Shown here one piece after another: positions 15,827 through 25,773 of a stretch of DNA of 64,000 nt (positions are counted from its first letter, which is position 1; each line of letters begins with the position of its first letter). The notes under the pieces were generated by a model. It had not been told where the DNA came from. It searched no databases and was given only the letters and a program-made list of their open reading frames with translations. This DNA is from Candidatus Eiseniibacteriota bacterium (GTDB taxonomy: Bacteria; Eisenbacteria; RBG-16-71-46): assembly GCA_041483195.1 (NCBI GenBank), contig JBGPFC010000007.1, positions 32,001-96,000 of the forward strand, read 5' to 3'. A program made the translations under genes and the position numbers.

Positions 15827-17179
15827 ATGCTCGAGCGCGCCCAGACTCATGCCCGCCGGCTGCGGCCCGAGGACCGGCCTCGCGCGCGTCCCGGCCCCTG
15901 GCTCGCGTTGTTCGCGGCGGCGCTGCTGGTCCGGGTGCTGTACGTGTGGATCGCGGCCGGCCCCGCCGCGACGCCCTCCTCGGACGCGCTCGAGTACGAC
16001 ACCGTGGCGTGGAATCTGGCGCGCGGCGCGGGCTTCGCGCTCGACGGAGCGGGTGGGCACTACCCCACCGCGTTCGTGCCGCCGGTCGTGCCATGGCTCG
16101 TGAGCCTCACCTACCGCGCATTCGGCCACCACTATTTCTTCGCGCTCCTGCTCCAGTGCGTGCTCGGCGCGGTGGTTCCGCTGGTGCTCGCGAGCTTCGG
16201 CGGCGCGGTGTTCGGCGGGGGCATCGGGCTGCTCGCGGGGTGGCTCGCGGCGCTCGATCCGCTGCTGGTGTTCTTCTCCGGCTACCTGCTCACCGAGACC
16301 ACGTTCACCGCGCTGCTGCTGGTCGCGCTCGCCGTGAGCGCGGCCTGGGTCAAGACCCCGCGTTCGGGCCGCGCGCTGGGCGTTGGGCTCGCATGGGGCG
16401 TCGCCTCGCTCGCGCGCCCGACCGCGCTGCTGCTGCCGCTGGTGGTCGCGTTCTGGGGGTGGGTGCCGCTGGGGCTCACGGTGCCAACGCGTGAACGCGC
16501 GCGGCAGATCGCGCTGCTGCTGCTCGGGCTCGCGCTCGCGATCGGACCGTGGACGATTCGCAACGCCCTCACGCTGCACGCCTTCGTCCCGGTCACGACC
16601 GGGGGCGGACGCGCCTTGCTCGACAGCAACAACCCGATCGTGTGGAGCGATCCCCTGATCCGCGGCGGCGCGATCAGCACCACGCACGTCGAGCCCTATG
16701 CCCGCGACGCGGCGGGTCGCTCGGAGGCCGCAGCCGACGCGATCGCGCGAAGCAGCGCCCTCGAGTTTCTGAGCGGCCATGTGCGCGAGTGGCCGGCGAT
16801 GGCGCTCGCCAAGCTGCGCCGGTTCTGGCGCGTCACCGCCGAGGGCGGCGGCACCGGCACGTGGCAGCGGCAGGGCTCACCGCTCGGCGGTCTCGCGCGC
16901 CGCATCGATCCGCTCGCGGCGTGGTCGTTGCTCGTGCTGCCGTTCGCGCTCTGGGGCGTCGCACGCACGCTGTCGGGGCCACGCCGCTGGTTTCAGTCGC
17001 TGTCCCTGCTGGTCGTGATCTACTTCACGCTGCTCTCGCTCGTCTTCTGGGGCGCGCTTCGGATGCGCGTCCCGGTCGAGCCGCTGATCGCGCTGTTCGC
17101 GGCCGTGGGATTCGAGGACGCGCGGCGCCGCGTGCGCACCCGCGCGCGCGGGCTGCGCGTGATCGAGGGCCGGCGCTGA
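15827..17179 (+). CDS. GT-C fold glycosyltransferase (ArnT/PMT, GT39-like)
   Basis: SDALEY..VAWNL, TAFVPP, LLTET, LARP, PWTIRN, R.RVP; multi-TM. Confidence 0.85.
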   Translation: MLERAQTHARRLRPEDRPRARPGPWLALFAAALLVRVLYVWIAAGPAATPSSDALEYDTVAWNLARGAGFALDGAGGHYPTAFVPPVVPWLVSLTYRAFGHHYFFALLLQCVLGAVVPLVLASFGGAVFGGGIGLLAGWLAALDPLLVFFSGYLLTETTFTALLLVALAVSAAWVKTPRSGRALGVGLAWGVASLARPTALLLPLVVAFWGWVPLGLTVPTRERARQIALLLLGLALAIGPWTIRNALTLHAFVPVTTGGGRALLDSNNPIVWSDPLIRGGAISTTHVEPYARDAAGRSEAAADAIARSSALEFLSGHVREWPAMALAKLRRFWRVTAEGGGTGTWQRQGSPLGGLARRIDPLAAWSLLVLPFALWGVARTLSGPRRWFQSLSLLVVIYFTLLSLVFWGALRMRVPVEPLIALFAAVGFEDARRRVRTRARGLRVIEGRR

Positions 17180-19059
17180 ACCGCACGGCCGCCATTCCAC
17201 CGGACGCCGGCGCGGAGCGCGGGGCGCTGGCGCTGTGGGCGGCGCTGGTCGCGCTCACGCTGATCCGCGCGCTGTTCGCGCTGCTGCCGTCGATGTTCGG
17301 CTGGGGGCTCAACTATTCGCGCTTCATGGACCCGGCCGCAGCTTGGGCGCTGTGGGCGGTCGGCGCCATGGCCCTGCTGCCTCCGCTCGCGCGACGCGCG
17401 ACCGCCCGGCTCGAGGCGCCGGGCGCGACCATCGCACGCGCGAGCTTCCTCGCGTACGCGATCCCCGCGCTCGCCGGCGCCGCGCTCGTGCTCACGTTTC
17501 CGGATCGCGTGTGGTTCGTCGGCGACTTCCTGCTCCGGGCCGGCATCCTGCGGGAACCCGAGGGCTTCACGCGCACGTTCCCGCAGGCGCTCCCGCTCGA
17601 CGTGTTCATGCACTACACCCTCCCGCGCGCGGCGGGCGCCGCGTGGCACGTCGATCCCAATCAGGTGGCGCGCGCGCTCGGCGTGCTCGAGGTCATGGCG
17701 CTCGCCGCGCTCGCCGTGCGCTTCGCGCGCGGGCTCGCGCTCACCGGCGGGGCCGCGATCGCCGCCGCCGCGGTCGTGATGTTCGGCGGCTACTTCACGC
17801 TGTATACCGGGTACGGCAAGCCCACCATCGAAGTGTGCCTCGCGACCGTCGCGGTCGGCGTGTTCGGCATGGACATGGTGCGTCGCGATCGTTCCATGCT
17901 CGCGACCGGCATCGCGATGGCGGCGGCGATCTGCGTCCACCGCGCCGGGCTCAGCCTCCTCCCAGGCTTCGTCGCGGCGTGGGCGTTCTGGTGGGTGGCG
18001 CACGGCCGGCGCGGCGCCTGGAAATCGCCGCGCGTGCTCGCCGCGCTCGCGGTGCCGGTCGCAGCTTTCGCCGCGATGGCGCCGCGCCTGGTCCGGCTCT
18101 TCCTCGGCTTCGATGTGGCCGTCAACTTCCGCTCGGTCGAGGTCGAGCAGCAGGGGGGCGTGCTGCGCGCCGCGCTCGCCCCGCTCAAGCTCATGGACGT
18201 CGCCAACGTGCTGACGCTCCTGTGCCCGCTCGCGCTCGTGGTCCCCGTGCTGCTGGTCGCGCGCGGGCGGCGCGCGCCGCGGGGCCGCGAGGCGCTGTGG
18301 CTGGGATGCCTCGCGCTGGGATTCGTGCCGTCGCTGTTTCTGGTCTACGTCACGCAGGGTCCGTTCCGCGACTGGGACGCGTTCGCGGGCGCCGGCGCGG
18401 CGTGCTCCCTGCTCGCCGCGTGGCTGATCGGCGAGACGCTGCGCGCGGCGCCGCGGCGCGCGTGGCTGGCCGCATCGGTCACGCTCGCGGTGATGATCCC
18501 GACGCTGCAGGTGCTCATCTCCCAGCACGACCTCGATCGTGGAGTCCGGCGCGCGCGGGCCTTCATCGCGGAGCGGCCGGGCCGCACCTGGTCCCAGCGG
18601 GTCGCGACCTGGGATTTCATCGGGCTGCGCAGCCTGCGCGTCGGGCGCTGGGGCGACGCGGCACGCGCGTACGAGATGGTCTCGACCGAGGCGCCGCATC
18701 CACGCGCGTTGCTGCTGTGGGGCACGGCCGCGATCATCGATCGCGACGAAGCGGGAGCGCGCCGCGCGTTTCACACGCTGCTCGCGCGTGACCCCGAGAA
18801 CCCCGAGGGCAGGTTCGGCCTGTGGATCGCCTCGAGCCTGCTGGGCGACACCACCGAGGCGCGCGCCGCGCGCCGAAAGTTGGACGGCTACGCGGTGGAC
18901 GGCCCCGAGATGGCGCGAATCGTCGCGCACCTCGAGCACTATCCGCCCCTGTGGGCGAGCATGCGCGCCGCGGAGGCACGAGCCCCGGGGCGGGCGCTCG
19001 AGCCGCCGCGATCGCCGGGCGCGGCGCGCCCGCCCGCCTCACCTCGTCGCGTCGAGTGA
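17176..19059 (+). CDS. Multi-TM membrane protein (GT-C-like) with C-terminal TPR-like region; start uncertain
   Basis: About 13 TM segments, WFVGD and RDWD motifs, helical repeats; in-frame CTG at 17176 overlaps the upstream stop. Confidence 0.65.
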   Translation: MNRTAAIPPDAGAERGALALWAALVALTLIRALFALLPSMFGWGLNYSRFMDPAAAWALWAVGAMALLPPLARRATARLEAPGATIARASFLAYAIPALAGAALVLTFPDRVWFVGDFLLRAGILREPEGFTRTFPQALPLDVFMHYTLPRAAGAAWHVDPNQVARALGVLEVMALAALAVRFARGLALTGGAAIAAAAVVMFGGYFTLYTGYGKPTIEVCLATVAVGVFGMDMVRRDRSMLATGIAMAAAICVHRAGLSLLPGFVAAWAFWWVAHGRRGAWKSPRVLAALAVPVAAFAAMAPRLVRLFLGFDVAVNFRSVEVEQQGGVLRAALAPLKLMDVANVLTLLCPLALVVPVLLVARGRRAPRGREALWLGCLALGFVPSLFLVYVTQGPFRDWDAFAGAGAACSLLAAWLIGETLRAAPRRAWLAASVTLAVMIPTLQVLISQHDLDRGVRRARAFIAERPGRTWSQRVATWDFIGLRSLRVGRWGDAARAYEMVSTEAPHPRALLLWGTAAIIDRDEAGARRAFHTLLARDPENPEGRFGLWIASSLLGDTTEARAARRKLDGYAVDGPEMARIVAHLEHYPPLWASMRAAEARAPGRALEPPRSPGAARPPASPRRVE

Positions 19060-20463
19060 GCGCGCGCCCGCCCGTCCGAGATCGACGCCGTTCACGCGCG
19101 CATTTCCCCAGTCGGCGCCCGCGAGGTAGCGGACGCGGATCCCCTGCCGGGCCCATGCTCGCAGCTCCTCCGCCGTCGCCACGTACGCGTACTCGACGCG
19201 GCCGTCGAGCTTGCCGCCGAGCCTCACGCGGACTTGAGGCAGCCAGTCGTACGCGATGACCACGGCGCGGCCATCGAGCGCCCGCGCGCGCTCGAGGCTC
19301 CGCTCCACGTAGCGCATCCCCTGCTCGCGGCGTTCGCGATCGGCGAGCACCGGTCCCGGAACCAGTCTCAGCGCCACGCTCCGCCCGAATACGCGCATCG
19401 CGACCGTGCCCCGGCCCGACGGCGGCTCGCCGAACATCCCCGGCTGACTCAGCTTGAGGAACCAGGGCGAGAGCAGCAGCGCGAGACAGACGGCCGCAAA
19501 CGCGCGACGCGAGAGCCATCCGCCGAGAACGATCATCACCATCGGCACGACCGGCAGCAGGTAGGCCGCCTTGATCGGGAGCCGCAGATAGATCGCGGCG
19601 TAGATCGCGATCCCGCTCGCGCACGCCGCGAAGATCAGGGGCGGCATCGGGCCGGAGGCCGCGGACTCCAGCGATGGCCGCTCCCCGCGCGCCGCGTGGA
19701 ACACGACGACCAGGGTCAGCACCAGGACGCCCGGAACTCCCCACAGATCGGCCGTCGCGTTCTTGAGCACGAGCGCTGCGGCCGGATAACCATACTCGTA
19801 GAAGCGCAGGAACCGGGGACCGTACGTGAACAGGACCGGAAGAAATGCCACTGCGCCCGCCCCGACCGCCGTGATCAACAGGACGGCGATCGAGCGCCGC
19901 CGCGCGCCGCGAGGGACGGCATGTGCCAGCGCCAGCGCCAGCGGAACCAGCCAGCCGACCGACGGCATTCGCGACGCGATCGCGAGACCCGCGAGCGAGC
20001 CCGCCGCGAACGCGCGGCCGCGCACCGCGCAATAGAGCGCGGCGAGGTCGAACCCGAGCGCCCACGCGTAGTCCATCGCGGTGACGCTCGCGAGAAAGAC
20101 GGCGGGCGCCGACGCCAGCGCGAGGCTCGCGAGCAGCGCGTCACGCACCCGCAGGGTGCGCAGCGTGAGCGCGAAGCAGCCCGCGCCGATCGCGCAGAGG
20201 AGCGCTGACGCGCCGTTCAGCGCGATCGGCCCGCCCCGCCACAGCCACGCCGAGACGAACTCCTGGAGCGGATAGCCCGGGAACCGCGAGGCCTCGTACT
20301 GACCGGTCAGCGCGATGACGCGCGCGGCCCACGCCGCCCGCCAGGCGTCGGGGTCGGCGCCGTATCCCGCGCCCAGGAATGGAAGGCGCGAGAGCAGCAC
20401 GATGAGCGTGACGAGCGCGAAGAGCCAGGGGCCCTCGGGCTCCCGCAGCGGGCGCAGGTTCAC
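19039..20463 (-). CDS. Multi-TM membrane protein, GT-C-like
   Basis: DPDA, SRFPGYPL, MDY motifs; many TM helices. Confidence 0.7.
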   Translation of the reverse strand: MNLRPLREPEGPWLFALVTLIVLLSRLPFLGAGYGADPDAWRAAWAARVIALTGQYEASRFPGYPLQEFVSAWLWRGGPIALNGASALLCAIGAGCFALTLRTLRVRDALLASLALASAPAVFLASVTAMDYAWALGFDLAALYCAVRGRAFAAGSLAGLAIASRMPSVGWLVPLALALAHAVPRGARRRSIAVLLITAVGAGAVAFLPVLFTYGPRFLRFYEYGYPAAALVLKNATADLWGVPGVLVLTLVVVFHAARGERPSLESAASGPMPPLIFAACASGIAIYAAIYLRLPIKAAYLLPVVPMVMIVLGGWLSRRAFAAVCLALLLSPWFLKLSQPGMFGEPPSGRGTVAMRVFGRSVALRLVPGPVLADRERREQGMRYVERSLERARALDGRAVVIAYDWLPQVRVRLGGKLDGRVEYAYVATAEELRAWARQGIRVRYLAGADWGNARVNGVDLGRAGARSLDATR

Positions 20464-20476
20464 GCGTCCTCCTCGC

Positions 20477-22804
20477 TCATGGCGCCGGCACCCGCACCGG
20501 CCGCCGCTCCCAGCGCTTGAACGCGGCGTCCATCACCGCCTCGGCCGGCTTCCCGCGCGGAGTGAACGACGGATCGAGCGGCCCTGAGGCGTCGGGCGAG
20601 CTGAACCATTTCCACACCAGCGCTCCCGCCACCCATTCGCAGCCGTCGAGCGCGCCGAACGCCGCCTCGTAGCATGCACGCTGGGTCTCGAGGTCCGGAG
20701 CGCCGCTCCGCTCTTCCCATGGGCGCACCGGAGCTTCCGCGAACGGCGCGTACCCGATCTCGGCGAGCAGCACCGGGCGATGCGCGCGCGCTCCGACCGC
20801 GCGCAGCGTCGCGAGCGCCTTCGTGGCCCCCGCGCGCAACGCCGGGACCGATCGGGTGGGGGCGCTCGAGAGCGGCGCGTAGAACGAGACGCTCACCAGG
20901 TCGAGGGCGTCCCAGAACGCGATTCCCTCGAACTCCGGCCCCCAGTTGGCGCCGTAGGTGAGCGTGCCGCCGTAAACGCGGCGCACGTCGGCGATCAGCG
21001 CGCGCCAGCGATCGGGATCGCGCAACGAGGCGCTCACCAGCTCGTGCCCGACGAACAACCCGTCCACCCCTTCGCGTTCGGCGAGCAGCGCATAGTGGAG
21101 GATGAACGCACGGTACTGGTCGAAGAAGCGCGGCCATCCGGCCGGGCCGAACTCGAGGTCGCCGGTCCAGCCGCGGGTCCAGAGATGAGGCGCGAGCCAC
21201 ACTCGCATGCCGATCGCGCGCGCGTGGGCCGCCGCCTCGACGATCGATTCGTCGCTCTCCTCGTCGGCCCCGGCCCCGGCGCTCGGGAAGATCTCGGGCG
21301 TGTGCGGCGAGGGCAGGTAACCGAAGGGCGTGAGCGACACCCAGTCCACCCCCATCCGATGGAGGCTCGCGAGCTCACCCGCGCAGCTCGCCGAGAGGTA
21401 ACCGCGTTCCATGCTTACCGAGTGCGCGAGGCACACGCCGCGCTGAAAGCCGTCGGCGGGCCGCCACGGGCGCGGGCGCGCGCCCGCGGGACGGCGCTGT
21501 CCCGCGCGTGCGAGCGAATCGGCGAGCGCCGCGTAGCGCCGCTCGACCCGCGCGGGATCCAGACCGGCCGCGCGGCAGAGGCTGTCGAGGGCGCCCGGCG
21601 GCCGCGCGACCAGCAGCGCGCGCAATGCGCCTCGCCCGCGCGCTCCCGCGCACTCGAACGCCGCTCCCGCGAGCAGCGCGCGCGCGGGAACCCACACCAG
21701 CGGGGAGCGCCACGTGGATCCGCCGACGGCGGCCTCGCGCGCCGTGGGCAGCAGCCGTCCGAAATACAGCCGGCTCACCGCGCGCTCCAGCGGCTCGCCA
21801 TCGAACGCGCCCGCCAGCCAGGTCGAGGCCGGCTCGAGGTATGGCGCGTCGGGCGCCGCGCCCAGCGCGCGCAGTCGCAGCGCGGCCACCGACCACAGAT
21901 CGAGCGAGCCGCGGCCGAATGGCAACGCGGCATGCGCTCCGCCGACTTCGAGGTGCTCGGGGCGCGTGTCGCGCGTGAGCACGCCCTTCTCTTCGAGCGA
22001 GCGGTAGAGCGTGAGCGTGATCGTGCCAGGCGCCGCGAGCCCCGCGCGATCGAGCCGATCGAGCAGCGCGGCGGCGGCGGCCGCGACCGGCGCCGCGACC
22101 GCGAGATCCGGAGGGGCGCGCAGCTCGAGCCCGCCGCTTCGCACGATCCGCAGGCCGGACGCGAACCGCTCGCGGTCCCGCTCGCGATCGTGGTCGAGCG
22201 TCGGATCGTACCGCCACGGGCTCGTGGTGGATTGCGCGAAGCGGCCCGAGCGCGCCAGCTCGCCTTCGCGATAGATCCTCCAGTCGTCCTCGCCGAAGAA
22301 GAACCCACCGCCCCGTCGCACCATCGCGCCGGGTGAATTGCCGGCGACCAGCAGCAGGAAGCGCTTCGGATCGAGCGGATTGGGATAGACGAGGTGGATG
22401 ACGTCGCCGGGCCGGTCGTAGCTGCGCCCGAACCAGCGGAACTGGCGCTCGTCGAATTGGACCGGAAAGGCCGGCGCGAGCCGCCGCGTCCACTCGTTTT
22501 CGCGCGGGCCACCGATCAGGAACACCAGCGCCCCGCCGATGGCGCGCGCGTCCACCTCGCGGTCGGCGCGCACGCTCGCGCTGTCCCCGCCGAACAATCG
22601 ACGCGCCACCGCGAGCGCCCGCTCGCGCAAGACGGGCGCCGCCGCCGCATCGAGGGTGCCGTACACGAAGAGCCGGCGGGAGCGCTCGGAGAGCGACAAC
22701 TCCATCTGTTCGCGCGTGAGTCGCGGCGGCGCGAGGTTCAGCGCGGCGGCCGGCCCGACCCACAGCATCAGCGCCGCGAGGACCAGCGGCCGCGAGCCGT
22801 GCAT
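20477..22804 (-). CDS. Secreted multidomain protein with C-terminal GH113-like TIM barrel
   Basis: Signal peptide; GHEL, WRALIADVRRVYGGTLTYGANW, FWDALD, RPVLLAEIGY motifs. Confidence 0.78.
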   Translation of the reverse strand: MHGSRPLVLAALMLWVGPAAALNLAPPRLTREQMELSLSERSRRLFVYGTLDAAAAPVLRERALAVARRLFGGDSASVRADREVDARAIGGALVFLIGGPRENEWTRRLAPAFPVQFDERQFRWFGRSYDRPGDVIHLVYPNPLDPKRFLLLVAGNSPGAMVRRGGGFFFGEDDWRIYREGELARSGRFAQSTTSPWRYDPTLDHDRERDRERFASGLRIVRSGGLELRAPPDLAVAAPVAAAAAALLDRLDRAGLAAPGTITLTLYRSLEEKGVLTRDTRPEHLEVGGAHAALPFGRGSLDLWSVAALRLRALGAAPDAPYLEPASTWLAGAFDGEPLERAVSRLYFGRLLPTAREAAVGGSTWRSPLVWVPARALLAGAAFECAGARGRGALRALLVARPPGALDSLCRAAGLDPARVERRYAALADSLARAGQRRPAGARPRPWRPADGFQRGVCLAHSVSMERGYLSASCAGELASLHRMGVDWVSLTPFGYLPSPHTPEIFPSAGAGADEESDESIVEAAAHARAIGMRVWLAPHLWTRGWTGDLEFGPAGWPRFFDQYRAFILHYALLAEREGVDGLFVGHELVSASLRDPDRWRALIADVRRVYGGTLTYGANWGPEFEGIAFWDALDLVSVSFYAPLSSAPTRSVPALRAGATKALATLRAVGARAHRPVLLAEIGYAPFAEAPVRPWEERSGAPDLETQRACYEAAFGALDGCEWVAGALVWKWFSSPDASGPLDPSFTPRGKPAEAVMDAAFKRWERRPVRVPAP

Positions 22805-23484
22805 CAGCGGCGAAGAACGCTGGCGACCCTGAAGCGGAAGGTGTACGTGCGGGGCTGGTTCTCGATCAGGAACACGAGGCTCACCGCGAACTCGCGATCC
22901 GAATACTGGAGCGCGCTCGCGTCCTCGGGAAGGAGCGGACGGTGCGGCTGCTCGCCGAGATCGACGTCCGAGTCGTCCACCAGATAGCTGATCGGGAACA
23001 TGTAGTCGCTGTAGCGTTGCAGGCCGGGGATCTGGGTCTGCGCGAGCGTGCGGTAGCGGTCCTGCCAGCGCGTCGGCGCGTGCGCGATCTTGCCGGAGCT
23101 GCCGAGCGGATCGGTGAAGGCACAGCGATCCCAGTCGATCCAGGCGGGACGATCCTGCCGGTTCTCGACCTGAAAGAACAACGCGGCCGGGGTCGGGCGG
23201 AAATAAAAGGAAAGCTCGCGGTCCTGGAAGGTGAAGCGATCGGAACCGGGCTCGACCTGGCGGAAGCGGTACCGATAGAGCGCGCCGGGAGACCCGGGCA
23301 GCGCGCTGACCGAATCGGCGGCGCCGTTGACGATGGGCGCGGGGCCGGAGCCTTCGGGCGCCGGGACGCCGCCCGCACGAGGCGGCGGCGCGGAATTTTC
23401 AGGCGGCGGGCTGGACGAGCACCCGGTCCCGATCGCCGCGACCGACGTCACGGCTGCGGCCAGCAAAACGGAGGGCCAACGCAC
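22804..23484 (-). CDS. Hypothetical lipoprotein
   Basis: Signal ending GTGC (lipobox-like), Pro-rich linker, beta-rich domain. Confidence 0.7.
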   Translation of the reverse strand: MRWPSVLLAAAVTSVAAIGTGCSSSPPPENSAPPPRAGGVPAPEGSGPAPIVNGAADSVSALPGSPGALYRYRFRQVEPGSDRFTFQDRELSFYFRPTPAALFFQVENRQDRPAWIDWDRCAFTDPLGSSGKIAHAPTRWQDRYRTLAQTQIPGLQRYSDYMFPISYLVDDSDVDLGEQPHRPLLPEDASALQYSDREFAVSLVFLIENQPRTYTFRFRVASVLRR

Positions 23485-23586
23485 GGCGCGAGACTAAAGG
23501 CCGCTCCTCCGCAGCGTCAAGCGCCTAGGAACATCTTCCGCGCGCCGGGCGTCACGCGGGTCGCGCGCGGCGCCCGGCACTTGGGC

Positions 23587-23940
23587 TCAGAGCGTGAAGC
23601 GACGGGTTTCCTTCAGCACCGCGGCGCTCTGAGTGCCGAGGGTGAACGCCGCGCGGAACGTGCCCTCGACTCCGACGCGCGCGCCATCGCGCGGCGCGCC
23701 GCCTTCCTTCGTGACCACCCGGAGCTTTCCGGTGCCGTCGCTCAGCTGGTAGGTGCCGTAGCCGAGCACGCTCATCGCCTCCGAGACGTCGCCCGCGATG
23801 CGCACGACCTGTCCGTCGAATCGGCCCGGATCGTCGAGCAGCGTCTTGATCGGGGTGGTGGCGATTTCGTGCTTGCAGGATGTGAGCGTGAGCGCGCCGA
23901 ACGCGACCAGCACGGCGACGAGTCGAACCGCGAGTCTCAT
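23587..23940 (-). CDS. OB-fold lipoprotein
   Basis: LTSC lipobox; TPIKTLL..P..FDGQ.V.I.G.V...YQLSDGTGKL.V; RBS AGGAG. Confidence 0.78.
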   Translation of the reverse strand: MRLAVRLVAVLVAFGALTLTSCKHEIATTPIKTLLDDPGRFDGQVVRIAGDVSEAMSVLGYGTYQLSDGTGKLRVVTKEGGAPRDGARVGVEGTFRAAFTLGTQSAAVLKETRRFTL

Positions 23941-24066
23941 GAGGTCTCCTGAGCTGGGGCCCGGGCTGGCCGGGGTGGTGGATCGATGGGGAGTGCGCGA
24001 CAGGCTAGCGACGGCGATCGGTGCGCGCAACTCGCGGGCTCGATCCCCGCGGCCAGCGCGCGCTCT

Positions 24067-24978
24067 TCACGCCCCGCCGCGAGCGCGCAGCGCCCGGGCC
24101 AGCGCGGCGTCGAGGGTCGGGGCGCCGAAGCCGAAACCGGTCTCGAGCAGACGCTCGGGGACAGCGCGTTGGCTCGCGAGCAGCAGCGCGTCCGCCCGCT
24201 CGCGGCCGAGCAGCAGCCGCAGCGCGAATCCCGGAGCCGCAAGACGCGCCGGCCGATGGAGGGCGCGGCCCAGCGCCCGTGCGAAATCGCGCTGGGTGAC
24301 GGGCTGCGGCGAGACCGCGTTGACCGCGCCCGCCAGCGCGTCGTTGGCGAGCACATGGCGCACCGCGGCGATCAGGTCGTCGAGCGCGATCCAGCTCACC
24401 CACTGACGGCCGCTGCCGAGCGGCCCGCCCAGACCGAGCCGGAACGGGGCGATCAGGCGCGGCAGCGCGCCGCCGGCCCCATCGAGCACCATGCCAATCC
24501 GAAGCCGCACCACGCGCACGCCCCGGGCTTCGGCGGGCGCGGTCTCCGCCTCCCACGCCTGCGCCAGATCGGAGAGGAAGCCGCGGCCCCTGACGCTCGA
24601 CTCGTTCAGCAGCTCGTCGCCGCGGTCGCCGTAGTAGCCGACGCCGGAGGCCGAGATCAGCACCCGGGGCGGGCGGGCGAGGGCCGCGATCGCACCGGCC
24701 AAGAGCCTCGTGCCCGCGACCCGGCTGTCGCGGATGCGCGCCTTCTGCGCATCGGACCAGCGCCGCTCGCCGACGCTCTCCCCCGCGAGATGGACCGCGG
24801 CGTCGGCTCCCTCCAGCGGTTCGCGATCGATCGTCCCCGCGACCGGGTCCCAGCGCACGTCGTCCGGGCCGCGCGGCACGCCGCGCGACACCCGGAGCAC
24901 GCGATGGCCTTCCCGCCCGAGCGACGCGGCCAGCGCCGACCCCAGGAATCCGCCGGCGCCCGTCAGCAGCAGCTTCAT
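24067..24978 (-). CDS. TIGR01777 family NAD-dependent epimerase/oxidoreductase (YfcH-like)
   Basis: TGAGGFLG, HLAGE, SASGVGYYG, GSGRQWVSWI. Confidence 0.92.
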   Translation of the reverse strand: MKLLLTGAGGFLGSALAASLGREGHRVLRVSRGVPRGPDDVRWDPVAGTIDREPLEGADAAVHLAGESVGERRWSDAQKARIRDSRVAGTRLLAGAIAALARPPRVLISASGVGYYGDRGDELLNESSVRGRGFLSDLAQAWEAETAPAEARGVRVVRLRIGMVLDGAGGALPRLIAPFRLGLGGPLGSGRQWVSWIALDDLIAAVRHVLANDALAGAVNAVSPQPVTQRDFARALGRALHRPARLAAPGFALRLLLGRERADALLLASQRAVPERLLETGFGFGAPTLDAALARALRARGGA

Positions 24979-25002
24979 GGTCGGCGCCCGCCGCGCACGA
25001 GC

Positions 25003-25773
25003 CTAGCTCTTGTTCTTCTCCATGCTGGTCATGAAGGAACGCAGGAAATCGACGGGGACCGGGAAGACGATCGTCGAGCTGTTCTCGGTCGCGATCTCGG
25101 CGAGCGTCTGGAGATAGCGCAGCTGGATCGCGGCGGGCTCCCGCCCGATGACGGCGGCCGCCTCCGCCAGCCGCGCCGAGGCCTGGTACTCGCCCTCGGC
25201 GTTGATGACCTTCGCGCGGCGCTCGCGCTCGGCTTCGGCCTGGCGAGCGATCGCGCGCTGCATCTCCTGCGGCAGGTCCACGTTCTTGACCTCGACGGTC
25301 GAGACCTTCACCCCCCACGGCTCGGTCTGCCGGTCGATCACCTGCTGGAGCGCCTGGTTCAATTTCTCACGCTCGCTCAGCAGCTCGTCGAGCTCCTGCT
25401 GTCCGAGGATGGAGCGCAGCGTGGTCTGAGCGATCTGCGAGGTCGCGTACAGGAAGTTCTCGACCTGCACGATCGCCTCCTGCGCCGAGACCACGCGGAA
25501 GTAGATCACCGCGTTCACCTTCACCGATACGTTGTCCTTGGTGATGATGTCCTGCGGAGGCACGTCCATCGTCACGGTGCGCAGCCCCACCTTGACCGCG
25601 CGATCGATCACCGGCCACAACAGAATCAGCCCGGGCCCGCGTTCGCCGACCAGCCGCCCGAGGCGGAACACGACCAGCCGCTCGTACTCGCGCACCACGC
25701 GAATCGCGTTCGCGAGCACCACGATCACCAGAAACACCAGGAACACCGACAGCACCGCGACCTGTCCGAACAT
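25003..25773 (-). CDS. SPFH/stomatin (slipin) family protein
   Basis: [41 protein letters not shown]. Confidence 0.95.
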   Translation of the reverse strand: MFGQVAVLSVFLVFLVIVVLANAIRVVREYERLVVFRLGRLVGERGPGLILLWPVIDRAVKVGLRTVTMDVPPQDIITKDNVSVKVNAVIYFRVVSAQEAIVQVENFLYATSQIAQTTLRSILGQQELDELLSEREKLNQALQQVIDRQTEPWGVKVSTVEVKNVDLPQEMQRAIARQAEAERERRAKVINAEGEYQASARLAEAAAVIGREPAAIQLRYLQTLAEIATENSSTIVFPVPVDFLRSFMTSMEKNKS

